Made by a program: the position numbers and the translations under genes. A stretch of 64,000 nucleotides of DNA, from NCBI RefSeq assembly GCF_009914755.1, contig NC_060940.1. One strand, 5' to 3'. A model generated the notes under the pieces. That model was not told the DNA's origin. It made no database searches and worked only from the letters and a program-made list of their open reading frames with translations. The DNA is from the human T2T-CHM13v2.0 reference genome, Homo sapiens. Of this stretch, positions 18,088 to 31,437 are shown in pieces; the stretch's first letter is position 1, and the number at the start of each line of letters is the position of its first letter.

Positions 18088-18532
18088 GTGTGGAGGTTAA
18101 GTAATGCCCTCACCCCCACCCCCACCATTCCAAAGATGTCCCAAGTTCCAGAACCAGTGAATATGTGACTTTACATGATAAAGGGAACTTTACAGGTGTG
18201 ATTAAGAGTCTTGAACTGGGAATATTGTCCTACATTATCTGGGTGCACCCTATGTGAACACATGCGTCCCTTATAAGAGGGAGGTAGGAAGGTCAGAGTC
18301 AGAGAAATTTAAAGATAGAGGAAGGGGCCATGAGCCAAAGAATGCAGGCAGCCTTTTGAATCTGGAAAAGGCAAGGAAACAGATTCACTCAAGAGCCTCC
18401 AGAAATAACCAGCCCAGTGGACACCTTGATTTTAGGACTTCTGATTCCCTGAACTGTAAGAGAATAAATTTGTATTGCTTAAGCTACTAAATGTGTGTTA
18501 ATCTGTTACAACAGCAATAGGAAACCAATACA
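18088..18532 (+). mobile_element. MLT1C/D-like LTR (inside L2)
   Basis: gaatatgtgactttacatgataaagggaactttacaggtgtgattaag...gaactgtaagagaataaatttgtattg...ggaaaccaataca. Confidence 0.88.
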
Positions 18533-18575
18533 GATGGGAAAAAAAATAAAGCTGAGTAAGAGCAGGGCCTGCCAG

Positions 18576-18670
18576 AGGGTGCAATTGACCTAAGTTAGTT
18601 AGGGTTAGGGTGCAATTGACCTCAGTTGGTTAGGGTAAGGGTGTAATTGACCTAAGTTTGTTAAGGTAAG
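18576..18670. repeat. 31-bp tandem repeat, 3 copies
   Basis: agggtgcaattgacctaagttagttagggtt / agggtgcaattgacctcagttggttagggta / agggtgtaattgacctaagtttgttaaggta. Confidence 0.92.
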
Positions 18671-18714
18671 TCTCACCTCTAATAAACCTTGTTATGTAAA
18701 CTGTGCCAGGGGAA

Positions 18715-18765
18715 GCAAGGAAGGAAGGAAGGAAGGAGGGAGAAAGAGAGAGAGAAAAAAGAAAG

Positions 18766-18828
<63 letters not shown>

Positions 18829-18881
18829 GAAAGGAAGAAAGAAAAAGAAAGGAAGGGGAGGGGAGGGGAGGAAGGAAGGAA
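18715..18881. repeat. Compound purine microsatellite (GGAA)n-(GA)n-(GAAA)n
   Basis: Direct reading; about 165 bp of almost pure purine. Confidence 0.95.
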
Positions 18882-18889
18882 TGATGAAC

Positions 18890-20210
18890 TACTTCATGAG
18901 CAAAATTCAAAGACAAACAATAGGAAATTAGGAAAAATGAGATACAAATGGCAAATAAGCATATGAAAATGTATTCAATGTCAACATTAGTAAACTAAAT
19001 GGGAATGAAAACAATCAAATGCCACTTTTAACAGACTGGCAAACATTTCAATGATTGTTAACATCCAGCACAGGTGAGTATATGGGGAAATGGCAATCTC
19101 TTACATTCTTGAAAAAATTTTAAACTAGTGTAATCTTTTTAGAGGGCAATCTAGCAATTTCTACCACAGTTTAAAATATGCCTACCTTTTTTCCAGTAAT
19201 ACATTTCTAAGAATTATACTTTTAAAAGTTTGCATTAATGTCCAAGAAATATATGTGGTATTCATTGTAAAATAATAAAAACAATTTAAATTTTATCCGG
19301 TGGAATATTATTATATAAATTGTGACACATCCATACAAAACAATTAAAAAGAACTTAAGGCAGATCTATATATACTAACTTGGAAAGATATTTACAGCAC
19401 ATCATTTAGTGAAAAACTCAAGTTGCATATCTGTATATATACTATGATCCATATGGGAGGTGGTCTCTATGATGGCCCCCAGTGATCCCATAGCCATACC
19501 TTTGTGTGATCCCTTCCTCTTGAATGTAGGCTGAACCTAGTGATTCACTTCTAACTAATAGAACATGGCAAAAGTAATGGAATATCACTTCTACAATTAG
19601 GTGTACAAAGAGATGGCAGTTTCTTCTTGCTTATTGTAGTGGAGGCCAGAGAGGCCTGTGTAGCAAAGAACTGAGGGAGGCCTCTGGCCAACAGGTAGCA
19701 TATAACTGAGGCCTTCCATCCAACAGCCTCACAAAGAACTGAATCCTGCCAACAACCACATGAGTGAGCTCATAAACCAATCCTTACCCAATAGAGCCTT
19801 CAGATGAGACCACAGCCCTGGCCCATACCCTCAGTGCAACCTCATGAGAGATCTTGAGGCAGAGAATTCAGCTAAGCTAGAGCCTGATTCTGACTCAAAG
19901 AAACTGTAAGACAATAAATGTTTGTTGTTTTAAGCTGCTATATTTTAGGAAAATTTGTTACACAGCAGTGGATAACTAATACAGTCCCATTTTTATCCCA
20001 AAAAAACTGTTAAACTATATTATTTTATGTGTATGTGTAGAGAAGGTTGGGAACAAGGATACATAGATAGGTGCCTGGAAGGAAAACTTCCAGCTGCTGA
20101 TGGGGGTCACTTCTGGGGCACTGAATTAGCAGAGAGAAAAAATCGCAATTTCTACTTTCATATTGTTTGAATTTCTTATAGCAAGCCCTGATTACTTAGT
20201 ATAAATATCT
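18890..20210 (+). mobile_element. L1ME-type fragment interrupted by an MLT1 LTR
   Basis: atggcaaataagcatatgaaaatgtattcaatgtca...gagggcaatctagcaat; continues after 19983. Confidence 0.7.
19455..19983 (+). mobile_element. MLT1E/F-like LTR
   Basis: gaactgaatcctgccaacaaccacatgagtgagc...gccttcagatgagaccacagccctggcc...gataactaataca. Confidence 0.88.
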
Positions 20211-20795
20211 ATTTTCTCAAAATCTTTCTGCATAATTTCTTTTATATTACATCCTCAACTTATTAGCAATAGTAAAGTACTGCTCTGTGTTGTCAGCCAA
20301 GCATAGTGGTGGATTTTCACCAACCCATTCACACACTTTTTCTTTTGTAACAAATGGGAAGTTATTTCAGAGACAGAGACCCTCCCCCATCCCACCAATG
20401 AAATAGAGCAAAATTAAGTGAGCCTTCTAGGAACTGAACCCATGGTTTTGCCAGATTAAGGAATAAACTTTTGTTTAAAAAAAAAAAAAGGAGTAGATCA
20501 TAACTACCATTACCACCAACTCCACTAACCTAAAACCTCAAATGATCAGAACTACTTCTTCCATATTCCGAATAACTTTAATCCTCCCAGCTCAGGTAAT
20601 GCATTACCATAGCAAAGAAACCCCAGGGCCATATATTGCTCCTTTTTTTCCATTACCAACCACACATACTCATGAACAAGCCCAAGGAACAATCTATATC
20701 ATGAATCTGACCACTTTCCTCCACTTTTGTTGCTACTGCCTGAATCCAAGCCACTCTCATTGGTCCTCTAAACCACTGTATAGACCACAGTATAG

Positions 20796-21214
<419 letters not shown>

Positions 21215-21798
21215 TAACCCAAATACGAGATTATCTATAAATAATTCAACAATGAAGTTCTTCTGATTACAAGATGTGATTCTAAGGACATGAATCAAAA
21301 ATTTTAACCAAATATAATCAATGTTCATGGGTACTGAATGCATCTGTATAATGAGGTATGCCCTCAACATTGCTCAGAACCACAGCAGCCACCTAGAATC
21401 ATGAAGATAGTGCCACAGAAACTCTAAAATCATGTGAACTCTAAAAATGAAATGACAAGAAGAATGATCATTGCTATTATTTAGGGCTTTATGTCAATTC
21501 TCTGTAGTGCCATCCTGTATTGCCCCTACTCTAGGGAGCAATCTCTCTCCTTCCCACCCTCAATGACAAGGATTACATGTTTGAATGAAATGTCAACATC
21601 ACACATTATGCAGGGTAACGGGAATCCACCATCTAAATATCATTACAATCAAGAACTGTCATGTTCAAATTCTCCCTCACTATTCACAGCTGAAAGAAAC
21701 AACAACTTTAAGACCTTGCCTGAATTTTCAGCGAACACCCACTTGATTTCAAGGTGACAGAGTGTGTTCTTAAGAGCTGTTACCACCCTGGGTAATTA

Positions 21799-21851
21799 CT
21801 AGGTTGGTGCAAAAGTAATTGCAATTTTTGCCATTGAAAATAATGGCAAAA
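21799..21851. mobile_element. MADE1 (Hsmar1-derived MITE), one arm truncated
   Basis: taggttggtgcaaaagtaattgcaatttttgccattgaaaataatggcaaaa. Confidence 0.9.
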
Positions 21852-22024
21852 TATAAAGCTAGAGAAAGGCTGCAAGAGAGAATAGAGGAAGTTTAACATC
21901 TGTGCCCACTCATGTAGCATATCTGAGTCAGGGCCACCAGCCACCAAGAACAAAGAAAGCTGCTACAGTCTCTGCCAATTGGGAAGAAAATGGAAATAAG
22001 GTGGGAGTAAGGAAACCTTTCTCA

Positions 22025-22565
22025 ACAATTAAAAATACAGAGTTTTAAAAATAACTAAAAGAGGCCGGGAGTGGTGGCTCACGCCTGTAATCTCAACACT
22101 TTGGGAGCCCAAGGCGGGCAGATCACTTGAGGTCAGGAGTTCGAGACCAAACCTGGCGAACATGGTGAAACCCTGCCTCTACTAAAAATACAAAAATTAG
22201 CCCAGCATGGTGGTGGGTGCCTGTAGTCCCCACCACCTGGGGAGGAGGCAGAGGCAGGAGAATTGCTTGAAGCTGGGAGGCGGAGGTTGCAATGAGCTGA
22301 GACTGTGCCATTATACTCCAGCCTGGACGACAGAGAGAGACTCCATCTCAAAAAAATAAAATAAAATAAAAATAAATTTAAAAAATAACTAAAAGAGTAC
22401 AATTGGATTGTTTGTAACACAAAGGATAAGTGCTTGAGGGGATGGCTACCCCATTCTCCATGATGTGCTTATTTCACATTGCATGCCCACATCAAAACAC
22501 CTCATGTACCCCATAAATTCATACACCTACTATGTACCCTCAAAAATTAAAAATTTTAAAAAACA
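22025..22565 (+). mobile_element. L1MA 3' end split by an Alu
   Basis: ataactaaaagagtacaattggattgtttgtaacacaaaggataa...catgtaccccataaattcatacacctactatgtaccc. Confidence 0.88.
22063..22376 (+). mobile_element. AluS
   Basis: Full dimer, TSD aaaaataactaaaaga. Confidence 0.96.
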
Positions 22566-22971
22566 AAATATACAAAGTTTGCTTTATCTTTCTGAAAGCC
22601 ACAGATATTTCTGGCCAAGAACAGAGAGTTTTGAATACTGTCAAGGTCACAACTGCAAATACTGAGTTGGTAGGCAATATTAAAAAGTACAAAAAGCAAA
22701 GGGATAAAAGCAAACAAAAAGATTGCTGAAATGCAAAATATAAGGCACTGGGCACAGAATTTCACATTTGGCATTGGCACGTGCATGAGGAATGGAGACA
22801 CTGGTTAGTAAAGCGCTGGCACTATGTTGCTGTCATTGCAGAAGGTCTTGGCTAGTGGAATTCAGAACTCCTCCTTTCAGTTTAGTTCAACTCAGGAAAC
22901 ACATTCTCAACCAGTGACCTCTGAATCCTAGCCCCCACGATTCAAGAAAAAGACATCTAAACTTTCTACGC

Positions 22972-23240
22972 TTTTTCCTTTTTTAATTTTTTTGAGACAG
23001 GGTCTCGCTCTGCCACCTAGGCTGTAATGCAGTGGCGCAATTATGGCTCACTGCACCATCGGCCTCCCAGGCTAAAGCGATCATCCCACCTCAGCCTCCT
23101 GGGTAGCTGAGACCAAGGCACATACCATCAGACAACCACACCAGCTACTTTTTTAATTTTTTGTAGAGACAGGGTCTCACTATGTTGCCCAGGCTGGTCT
23201 CGAACTCCTGGGCTGAAGTGGTCCTCTCACCATGTTGGCC
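22972..23240 (-). mobile_element. AluJ (lacking its 5' end)
   Basis: Diverged dimer. Confidence 0.9.
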
Positions 23241-23263
23241 TATACTTACTTTTTATCTCATTC

Positions 23264-23708
23264 TTTTTATTTTTATTTTAAGTTCCGGGGTACATGTGCA
23301 GGATGTGCAGGTTTGTTACATAGGTAAATGTGTGCTATGGTGGTTTGCTGCACCTGTCAACCCATCACCTAGGTATTAAGCTCAGCATGCATTAGTTATT
23401 TTTCCTAATGCTTTCACTCCCCTCACCCTTTGCCAACAGGCCCCAGTGTGTGTTGTTTCCCTCCCTGTGTCCATGTGTTCTCATTGTTCAGCTTCCACTT
23501 ATAAGTGAGAACATGCAGTGTTTGGTTTTCTGTTACTGCATTAGTTTGCTGAGAATAATGGCTTCCAGCTTCATTCATGTCCCCGCAAAGGACATGATCT
23601 CATTCCTTTTTATGGCTGCATAGTATTCCATGGTGTATATGTACCACATTTTCTTCATCCACTCTATCACTGATGGGCATGTCGGTTGATTCTATGTCTT
23701 TGCTATTT
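23264..23708 (-). mobile_element. L1PA 3' end, 5'-truncated
   Basis: ggggtacatgtgcaggatgtgcaggtttgttacataggt...; TSD-like tctca(t/c)tctttt. Confidence 0.95.
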
Positions 23709-23944
23709 TCTCACTCTTTTTAAATGTCTATCTTGTGTGTGTTATAAAATGTATAAACTACATTCAAACAATATGCAGATTACTAAATACACGAACAAGC
23801 ATAGGGAAAGTAAATATCAGAAACCTTTTCTTTATGACGAGTAGTATGTGATGAAGAAAGTGCAGAGATTTTGGTTCAGTAGCTCTAGAGTGAGGCCCTA
23901 GAATGTGTATTTTTAATAGACATGTTTTATATATATTCATTCAT

Positions 23945-24125
23945 TTTCATCTTTACAACAATTCTACTATTAGGTGGTGTAATATACTCAGGCAGGCATT
24001 ATATTAATAACTGTCCCCATTGTACAGATGAGAAAACTGAGGCATAGAAAGTTTAGGTGATTCCCCCGAGTTTTCACAGCTAGTAAGTTGGGGAAGCAGA
24101 ACTCAAATCCAGGCAGTCTGGACAT
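23945..24125 (-). mobile_element. MIR
   Basis: cccattgtacagatgagaaaactgaggcatagaaag...cacagctagtaagt. Confidence 0.85.
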
Positions 24126-25753
24126 ATTCTCAATGACATATTCTCAAGAAGTTAGGAAACTGTGATTGACCAAAAATAAAGTTAAGCAGGAAAGACTGGA
24201 GAATTTAAGATCTCAGGTACAAGAGATGGCTGAGCATCCAGGAGGGTGCTTCATCAGTCTGGGTGACCCTTAAGGAAGGGTCATTCCACTCATGAGGGCC
24301 AACGTAGACTCAAAAAAGAAAATCCCTCATGTACATGAGTCACATTTGTTTAGCTTTGGGAGAGGAGACTATTCTCAAAAGACAAAGATAGGAAATAAGA
24401 CACAAAGATTGCTTCAATAAAACATCACCCAACCAGAGCAGCTCGTTGTCATTTTTTTTTTTTAATGGAAGCCTTTTACCGTATGGAACTAATTATCGCC
24501 ATCTGCCATTCCATACTTCTATTTCCTGTCTAGCAGCTCATTCTTCAAAAACTCAGTAGCTTCCTCTCTTTACATTTGTAAATGCTGTTGACTATGGATA
24601 AAATCCATGTTTACTTTCTATTCAGAACCCCATAGGAAAGCTTGTTTTAATCACCCACAGATGTTTCATTCAGTTCTGCTTAGCTTGGCACAGAACTTCA
24701 GAAGGAAATAAAAGAAAAATCTTTATTTTATATTTCAATTGTGGATTGTTACAGACTAAATAAAATGCCAAATTGTTATTGGAAACAACACAGCCACTGT
24801 AATAAGGATAGTCGACATCTTATTTTTACAATTATAATTTTTTCTGGCATTTGTTTAACTCAAGATGGTTTCCATATTTTACAAAGGGCTTTTCCCCCTT
24901 CTCTGAATGAAACTCCGTTGAAGCCATAGAACTTTGTAATTTATTTTCAATACATTCTTGTACATTTGAGAAAAATGGAAACTATTGCATGATTTATAGT
25001 GATTAGGCTCTTAAATACTTTTCACCCTTCTGGTGTCATGTTTTGATATGTGTTATCCTTTTGGATTCCTTTAAGCCAACTCCAAAGAGCATTTCGTACA
25101 CATCTAGTATTATGTGAGTCAGTTCTTCCTTATTTCCCTTTTATTTTTGATTTCTTAACTAAAAAACATTAATGACATATAAACATTCACTGCAAATTAC
25201 ATTTACACTTTGCAATTATTAAATATAAGGGGAAAAGGCAGATTTCCTGGTTGAGCATTTCTATGAATTTTTGGTAAACTCTCTATCTCTAAAGCCTGTG
25301 ACATGATTGCTAAATATCTCATTTCCTTACAATTCTACCCTTCCATTCAACCCAAAGCTAGCTCACCAGATTCACTGAAACCCAGAAATTTCTAATGAGA
25401 TTCTTTTGAATTTCTTTTTATTTCACTAATGTCAAGAATCAAACTACAAAAAAAAAAGAATCAAACTATACTTTACCAGACTTAAGTCCAAAATTTCCCA
25501 AACGTTTGCTTCTTCCTAAGTCTAGTCATTCACATTGCTCCTTCAAAAAGCATTTTACTTAAATTATATTTACATGGCAGAACCCATTTTCAACTTTCTT
25601 CTCATCCAATGTGTTAAAATATCATGGGTATTAACTCTGTTTTGTTTTTTATTCAATATATGTGGTTCACATTGAAGAATAAAAAAATCTTCTCAAATAA
25701 AGATAGCCCCAGAATAAACCTACTGGCTTGAAAAGACATCCAGTTATGGTTCC

Positions 25754-26532
25754 TGATATAGTCTGGATGTGTTTCTCCATTCAACTTTCATACTGAAATG
25801 CAATCCCCAATGTTGGAGGTTGGGCCTTGTGGAAGGTGTATTATGCCATTCTGGCACTTCTATAAAGAAATACCTGAGACTGGGTGATTTATTTAAGAAA
25901 AAATATTTAATTGGCTGACAGTTCCACAGACTGTACAGGAAGCATGGCAGCATCTGCTTCGGGGGGTGGGAGTGGGAAGGTGGGGCACCCAGGAAACTTA
26001 CAATTATGGTGGAAGGAGAAGGGGAAGCAAGCACTTCTTACATGGCCAGAGTGGGAGCCGGGGGGCAGGTGGTGCCACACACTTTTAAACAACCAGATCT
26101 CACCAGAACTCACTATCATGAGAACAGCACCAAGGTGGAAATCCACCACCATGATCCAATCACCTCCCACCAGGTCCCACCTCCCACACTGGGGACTACA
26201 ATTTGATATGATATTTGGGCGGACACACAAATCCAAACCACATCAGGAGGTGTTTGGAACATGGGGGTGGGTTTCTCATGAATGGTTTAGCACCATCCCC
26301 CTTGGTACAGTCCTCCTGATGGTGAGTGCATTCTCGAGAGATCTGGTTGTTTAAAAGTGTGTAGCTTTTATATGACTGTAAGTTTCCTGGGGGCCTCCCC
26401 AGAAGCCCAGCAGATGCCAGCACCATGCTTGCTGTACAGCCTGATGAACTGTGACCCAATTAAACCTCTTTTCTTTATAAATTACCCAGCCTCATGTATT
26501 TTTTTGTAGCTATACAAGAACAGACTAATACA
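25754..26532 (+). mobile_element. MST (MaLR) solo LTR, outer element, split by a nested LTR
   Basis: TG...CA termini, perfect 5-bp TSD gttcc, ttctttataaattacccagcctc...gactaataca. Confidence 0.92.
25837..26245 (-). mobile_element. MST (MaLR) solo LTR, inner element, antisense
   Basis: tgtatta...ataaagaaatacctgagactggg...atccaaaccacatca; TSD gaagg/ggagg. Confidence 0.92.
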
Positions 26533-27914
26533 GTTCCTGATCATTGTTTCAATATACGTGTTAAAATTCTGGTTCGAACGTGCTTATTTTGCTCTACGTA
26601 ATTTTATCTTGTTGCTCTTCTCCATATGTCTATTCAGAAAACCTCGAGGTCAAAGAACTTGTGTAATACTGGAGAAAAGAGTGCATACATGAAAGGGAAG
26701 GACTGAGATTGTGTCTAAGAGAAGCTACCAGATCAGATTTTTGAAGTCCATGTATGGAAGCAAAGAGTTTTCTTCGCACGGCCGTATTTTCCTCTGTCAG
26801 TGACAGCTCTTCAGAGAACAGCTCTGAACTCTGTGTTGATAGTGAGAAAGAATATTTACTTTCCCAAATTATTTGACCCTACCAGCTGTATACATTGGTG
26901 ATCCAACATCAAAGACAATTAACAAATCCACTAAAGACACAAGGACACTTTTTGAAGTCAAAGATGTGCATATATTTTGTGTAACCAAGATCCTCTACCT
27001 TTAATTAATTAAAGCTATTGGTGGCTATGAATGGGTTTTTTAAATATTATTTTACAAGTCTTTCATTTCAGAGAGGGAAATAAAGCTTATTCATCCTTTG
27101 ATATCCAGACACTGTAATCAAGACAACTGGGTTCCTACAGGTCAAAGACAACAAATTATAATTTACCACGCCATAAGAATAAACAAAACTTTAATTTATA
27201 ATGTAGCTAAAGAGTTCTTCCTGTTGTAGAATTATGCCACGATTTACATGGTGATGACATCAAAGTCTTGTCCTCCAGACACACTTGTCCCCTTTACAGA
27301 AAGGGGAGAACCAGAGGACCCAATGCTCACCATTTCTCTTATGTAATATTGGGTGACCCTTTTACAAACAGCAAATACAGGCACTTAGTTGCTGAGAAAT
27401 TATAGAGGGAATAAAAGCAGAGTGGTCAACTTTCTAAGGAGATTATAACTAAAATGAAAAGCAGAGGGGAAAATAAAAGTATTATACATATATTCCAGAT
27501 AGCCTCTTCCCACACACACACAGCTACTGCTGTAGTTGCTGCTAGAGCCCCCATCAGTCTCTACAGTGCTTACCCAGCTTCTAGAGCCTTTGCCCAGTTT
27601 GCAGTGGGAGACATTCAGCCTCAATCCTTCCATTCCATTTGATTCCTTTAGAGGAGGGAGGAAGGAAGAGGGATAGGGATGGGTTCGAATTTTAAGATAT
27701 TAGGACTCTGGATTCAGAAATAGCTTCAGGGAAGTTCAAGGTTAACCTTAATACCGTTTCAACTATTTCAACTACCTTACAGATACTAAGGAGAAAAGAG
27801 TGGTTATGTTTCTCTTCCAAGTTTTTTTTTTAGTGCTTTCTAGTTGATCCCAAGATTTCATTTTGATTAGCGTGGTAATACCAATGCACACACATTAACT
27901 AAAAAACTCAGAGT

Positions 27915-29585
27915 TCCATTGCTACTTAGGATGATGAATGCCATAAAAAGAATATTGCTCCCACTCTAACAACCACAAAAGAGTCAGATGATCTACAAAA
28001 CTGTAACTATTCTTGAGCCCATCAGAGGGCTGAAATCATAACACAGCCAAGTAACCTGAATTCCAAAGAGGGACAAGCTTCCAAAGTTAGATTGCACACA
28101 AAGCTTTTTGCAGAACAGGGGAGACAGAGGTGGTCACCATTCAACTAGGCAAGAAAAAAAATCAGCCAAAATTTGAATGAATTCTTAAAGGGCAAGTGTG
28201 GGCTGGCATGTCAGTTTGGAAGAGCTAGGAGCCCCAGACACAGGGGAAGTTTCACTCACAATCTCATTTTCAACCTCAGTTTCATAAGCCTCCCCCTGGG
28301 TACACATACTGAAGACAAAGACAGGGACCAGAGCAGGAAACCTGAGAGAGCCATCCTTCAGGGACACATCTGCTGCTGATGGAGACAGGCACTGATGAAG
28401 ACCCTTTCAAGCAGACACACTTGTCTGTGGAACTGGGCAGGAAATCTTGGGCCCAAGACTCTGCAATGATGCCAGACACAGGTCAGCTACTGCTAGGAGA
28501 GAGACAAAAAATTCTCTCCCACCTAAGACCAACCACAGATACAAGGCAGAATCCAGCTGACATAGAGAGGAGATGAAGGAATGCTGAGAAAACCCCAGTT
28601 TCGAGGCCCAGGCTTACAGGGCCTGCCTAAGACTGAGGTTGGAGCATTAGAAGAGAGAGTCCCCTCTGCCCCCACCCAAGCCCAAAACCAATTAAAAGCA
28701 ACAGTAGTTTAACACTGGCAAGGCAAGAACGTGAAAAGAGACCCTCTGTGTTTCAGGCAAGCAAGGTAGAATGGGAACACTGAGAAAAGTCATCCAGTAC
28801 TCCAGATCCCACTCTAAACTCAAGGGAATGGCAGCCATCACCAAGGGATTTGAAGCCTGTTCAACTCAGTCTCTTCATTTCTTCTCCATACAACGTCCAG
28901 CATTCAATAGAAAAGTACAAGACACACAAAAAAGCAAGATAAAGCATGCTATTGTCAAATGATTGACCAACAGGAGCAAACACAGAGATGACTTCGATGC
29001 TGAAACTACTGAACAGAGACTTTAAAATAACCATGATTACTGTGTTAAATGATCTAGTGAAAAAGTTAGACAACATGCATGAACAGATAGGAAATTTAAG
29101 CAGAGAGATAGAAACTATAAAAAGAGTCCAGTGGAAATGTTAGAAATTAAAACATTTTTAGAGATGAAAAATTCATTTGATAGGCTTATTAGCAGAAAGG
29201 ACACAGTGAATGTAAAGATAGATTAATAGAAATGTCCAAACTAAAACAGATAGAGAAAAAAGAATAAAAAGAAATTTTTTTAAAAAAAAAGTAGAGTTAT
29301 GGGGCAAATCAAATGGCCTAAAGTACATGTAACTGAAGTTCAAGAATAGAGATAAATGGACAAGAATTTTCCAAAGTTAATGAAAAACAACAAACCACAG
29401 ATCCAAGAATCCCAGAGAATCATAAGCAAGATTTTTTAAAGGAAAACAAAAATTAAAAACACTGATATATTGCATAGTCAAACTGCTGAAAAAATATTTA
29501 AGACAGGCAGAGAGAAAAAGAGACATTGCATTTAGAGGAAGAAAGTCAGAATCTAAAGTAGCATCACTGATTTCATTTAAAACCA
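27915..29585 (+). mobile_element. Old L1 (L1M-type) 5'UTR/ORF1 fragments
   Basis: gacaacatgcatgaacagataggaaatttaagcagagagatagaaactataaaaa...aaaccacagatccaagaa resembles ORF1. Confidence 0.75.
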
Positions 29586-30096
29586 TAAAATTGTAACCCT
29601 CATATTGGGCAACTTAAATTTTATGTTAATATATGTTAACATAAAGTTTATGTTAATTTAACATATATTTTATGTTAAATATATGTTTCCTCATGTATTT
29701 TGTCTCCCTTATTTGACTATAGACATTAAGGAAAGAGACCTAGTCTTAACACTGTATTAATATTACATTTATCCTCTTCTACGTTGCTTGACAAAGCATG
29801 GGTATTCAATAAGCACTTCTGACTTTGGAGCAGATTCACTTTTTACATGATGTTTTTTTGCATAGGATCAGTAAACTTTTTCTTACAGGCCATACAAAGT
29901 CTTAAGATATAAAAGTACTTTTAGATTAGCTTTATGAAACTTTTAAAATTTATATTCTCTACCTTTTATTTTTCAGAAATAAAAATTTTTAAAAATGTGT
30001 GAAACTGGCTCTACATTTAGCAAAATGAGATCATGGAGCCTCCCCACTCTGATACTTCCTTTCTCCAGCATTTACATATTGAATTTTAGATAACAT

Positions 30097-30577
30097 TGTT
30101 ACCCACACAATGGGTGGGTTTTATCACTTGGTGGGTGACAGTCCAAAGACCACAACCAAGGAAGATTTAACAAAGGGATTTTATTACCTACAACAAGTAA
30201 GGAGGACAGCTGGGGCAGTTTCCCAAAGCAGTACCTCCCAAACAATGGTGAAAACAGCTTTCGTTAGGCTAGTTAGCTGAGCCATTGTATGCGGAGGCAG
30301 AGTAAAGGCAGAGACTGTGAAGTAGCTGATCATGCTTCTCCATATGTCACATGTGTAGGAAATGGCAGATAAGCTCCTTCCTGGGTGGGGTTTTTAGTAT
30401 GGTAATGAGGAAAGTTTGCAAGGTTCATCTCCAACTCAGGCATCTCTGGACTCAACCAGTTTTTGTTCATCTAGAGCTGAGCTTCACTCTGGAACTTTCT
30501 GAAACTCAAGATGCAACAGTTACAAGTGGGTGCTTTTTCAGGGTGCATACCCAGAAACCTGGGGATCTTGGGTTACG
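30097..30577 (-). mobile_element. ERV-type solo LTR (subfamily uncertain)
   Basis: TGTTA start, reverse polyA-signal-like ttttatt, GTTAC(g) end, flanks acat/atat. Confidence 0.65.
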
Positions 30578-31437
30578 ATATCATATTCATCCACGTATTA
30601 TTTTGTTATCTACAATTCTCCATGTGTAATTTGTCTTTTCCTCCACAAACAGATTGTCGATCCTTCAAAATAAGGTCTGTAATGTCTGTATTTTATATCT
30701 CATACACAATAGATGCATAACAAAATATTCGATTACTAATGTTTAAATAATAAAAATATCTAGGAATGTCCAGCTCTGACCTGCTACGTTTAGGTCCCAG
30801 GCCCAAGAAGAGGGAGCCTACAGTAAAAGATGTGGAGTCTATTGCTGAACTCGACCTTGACCTTCATCCACACTCTCCCCACTGGGCTCAGCTTCACCTT
30901 TCAGGCCTCACACACCTGTAGGTGGGGCCAGGTCTGAGGTTCCCTGACATATTTATCTCTCTGGTTCCACAACTATCATTTTATCCCCTTCTCATAAGCT
31001 TCATACCCAGTTCTAATTCCAGCCCCGGAAGTCAGGCTCTGGACAAGAAGTAATCTTGAAAGGTATGAAAACAAACAAATCTCTATATAAAGCCACAGTA
31101 AAAAGGTGATATGATCGGGTATGTAAACCATTCTTCTACTAGGATTATATTTAAGAGAAATGCAGCACATTTTCACACAACAAATATCTATGAAATCAAA
31201 GAACATAATCCCCAAATTATTAGTTTAGCAGAATGTTTAAATAAATGGAATGTTTAGCCTGCCAACTTCTCATACAAGTAGAATAATTATTCCACAAAAA
31301 CGTCACACTCTAAAGCCTAGGATTTGCTGGTGTGCTCTTGCAAATACGTTTGCACCTAAGAAAATTCCAAGTATCGGAGCTTCAAAGATGAGAAACACTG
31401 AAGTGTCCAATCAATTTCTTTGACCCACCCAAGGTGT

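Noticed and set aside
18599-18636. Interstitial telomeric array
   Set aside because: Only 2-3 TTAGGG hexamers, explained by the 31-bp repeat unit.
18689-18966. K/E/R-rich and F/L/S-rich ORFs
   Set aside because: Translation of a GAAA/GGAA microsatellite.
25744-26459. Cluster of overlapping ORFs up to 147 aa
   Set aside because: Entirely within nested MST LTRs; no protein resemblance.
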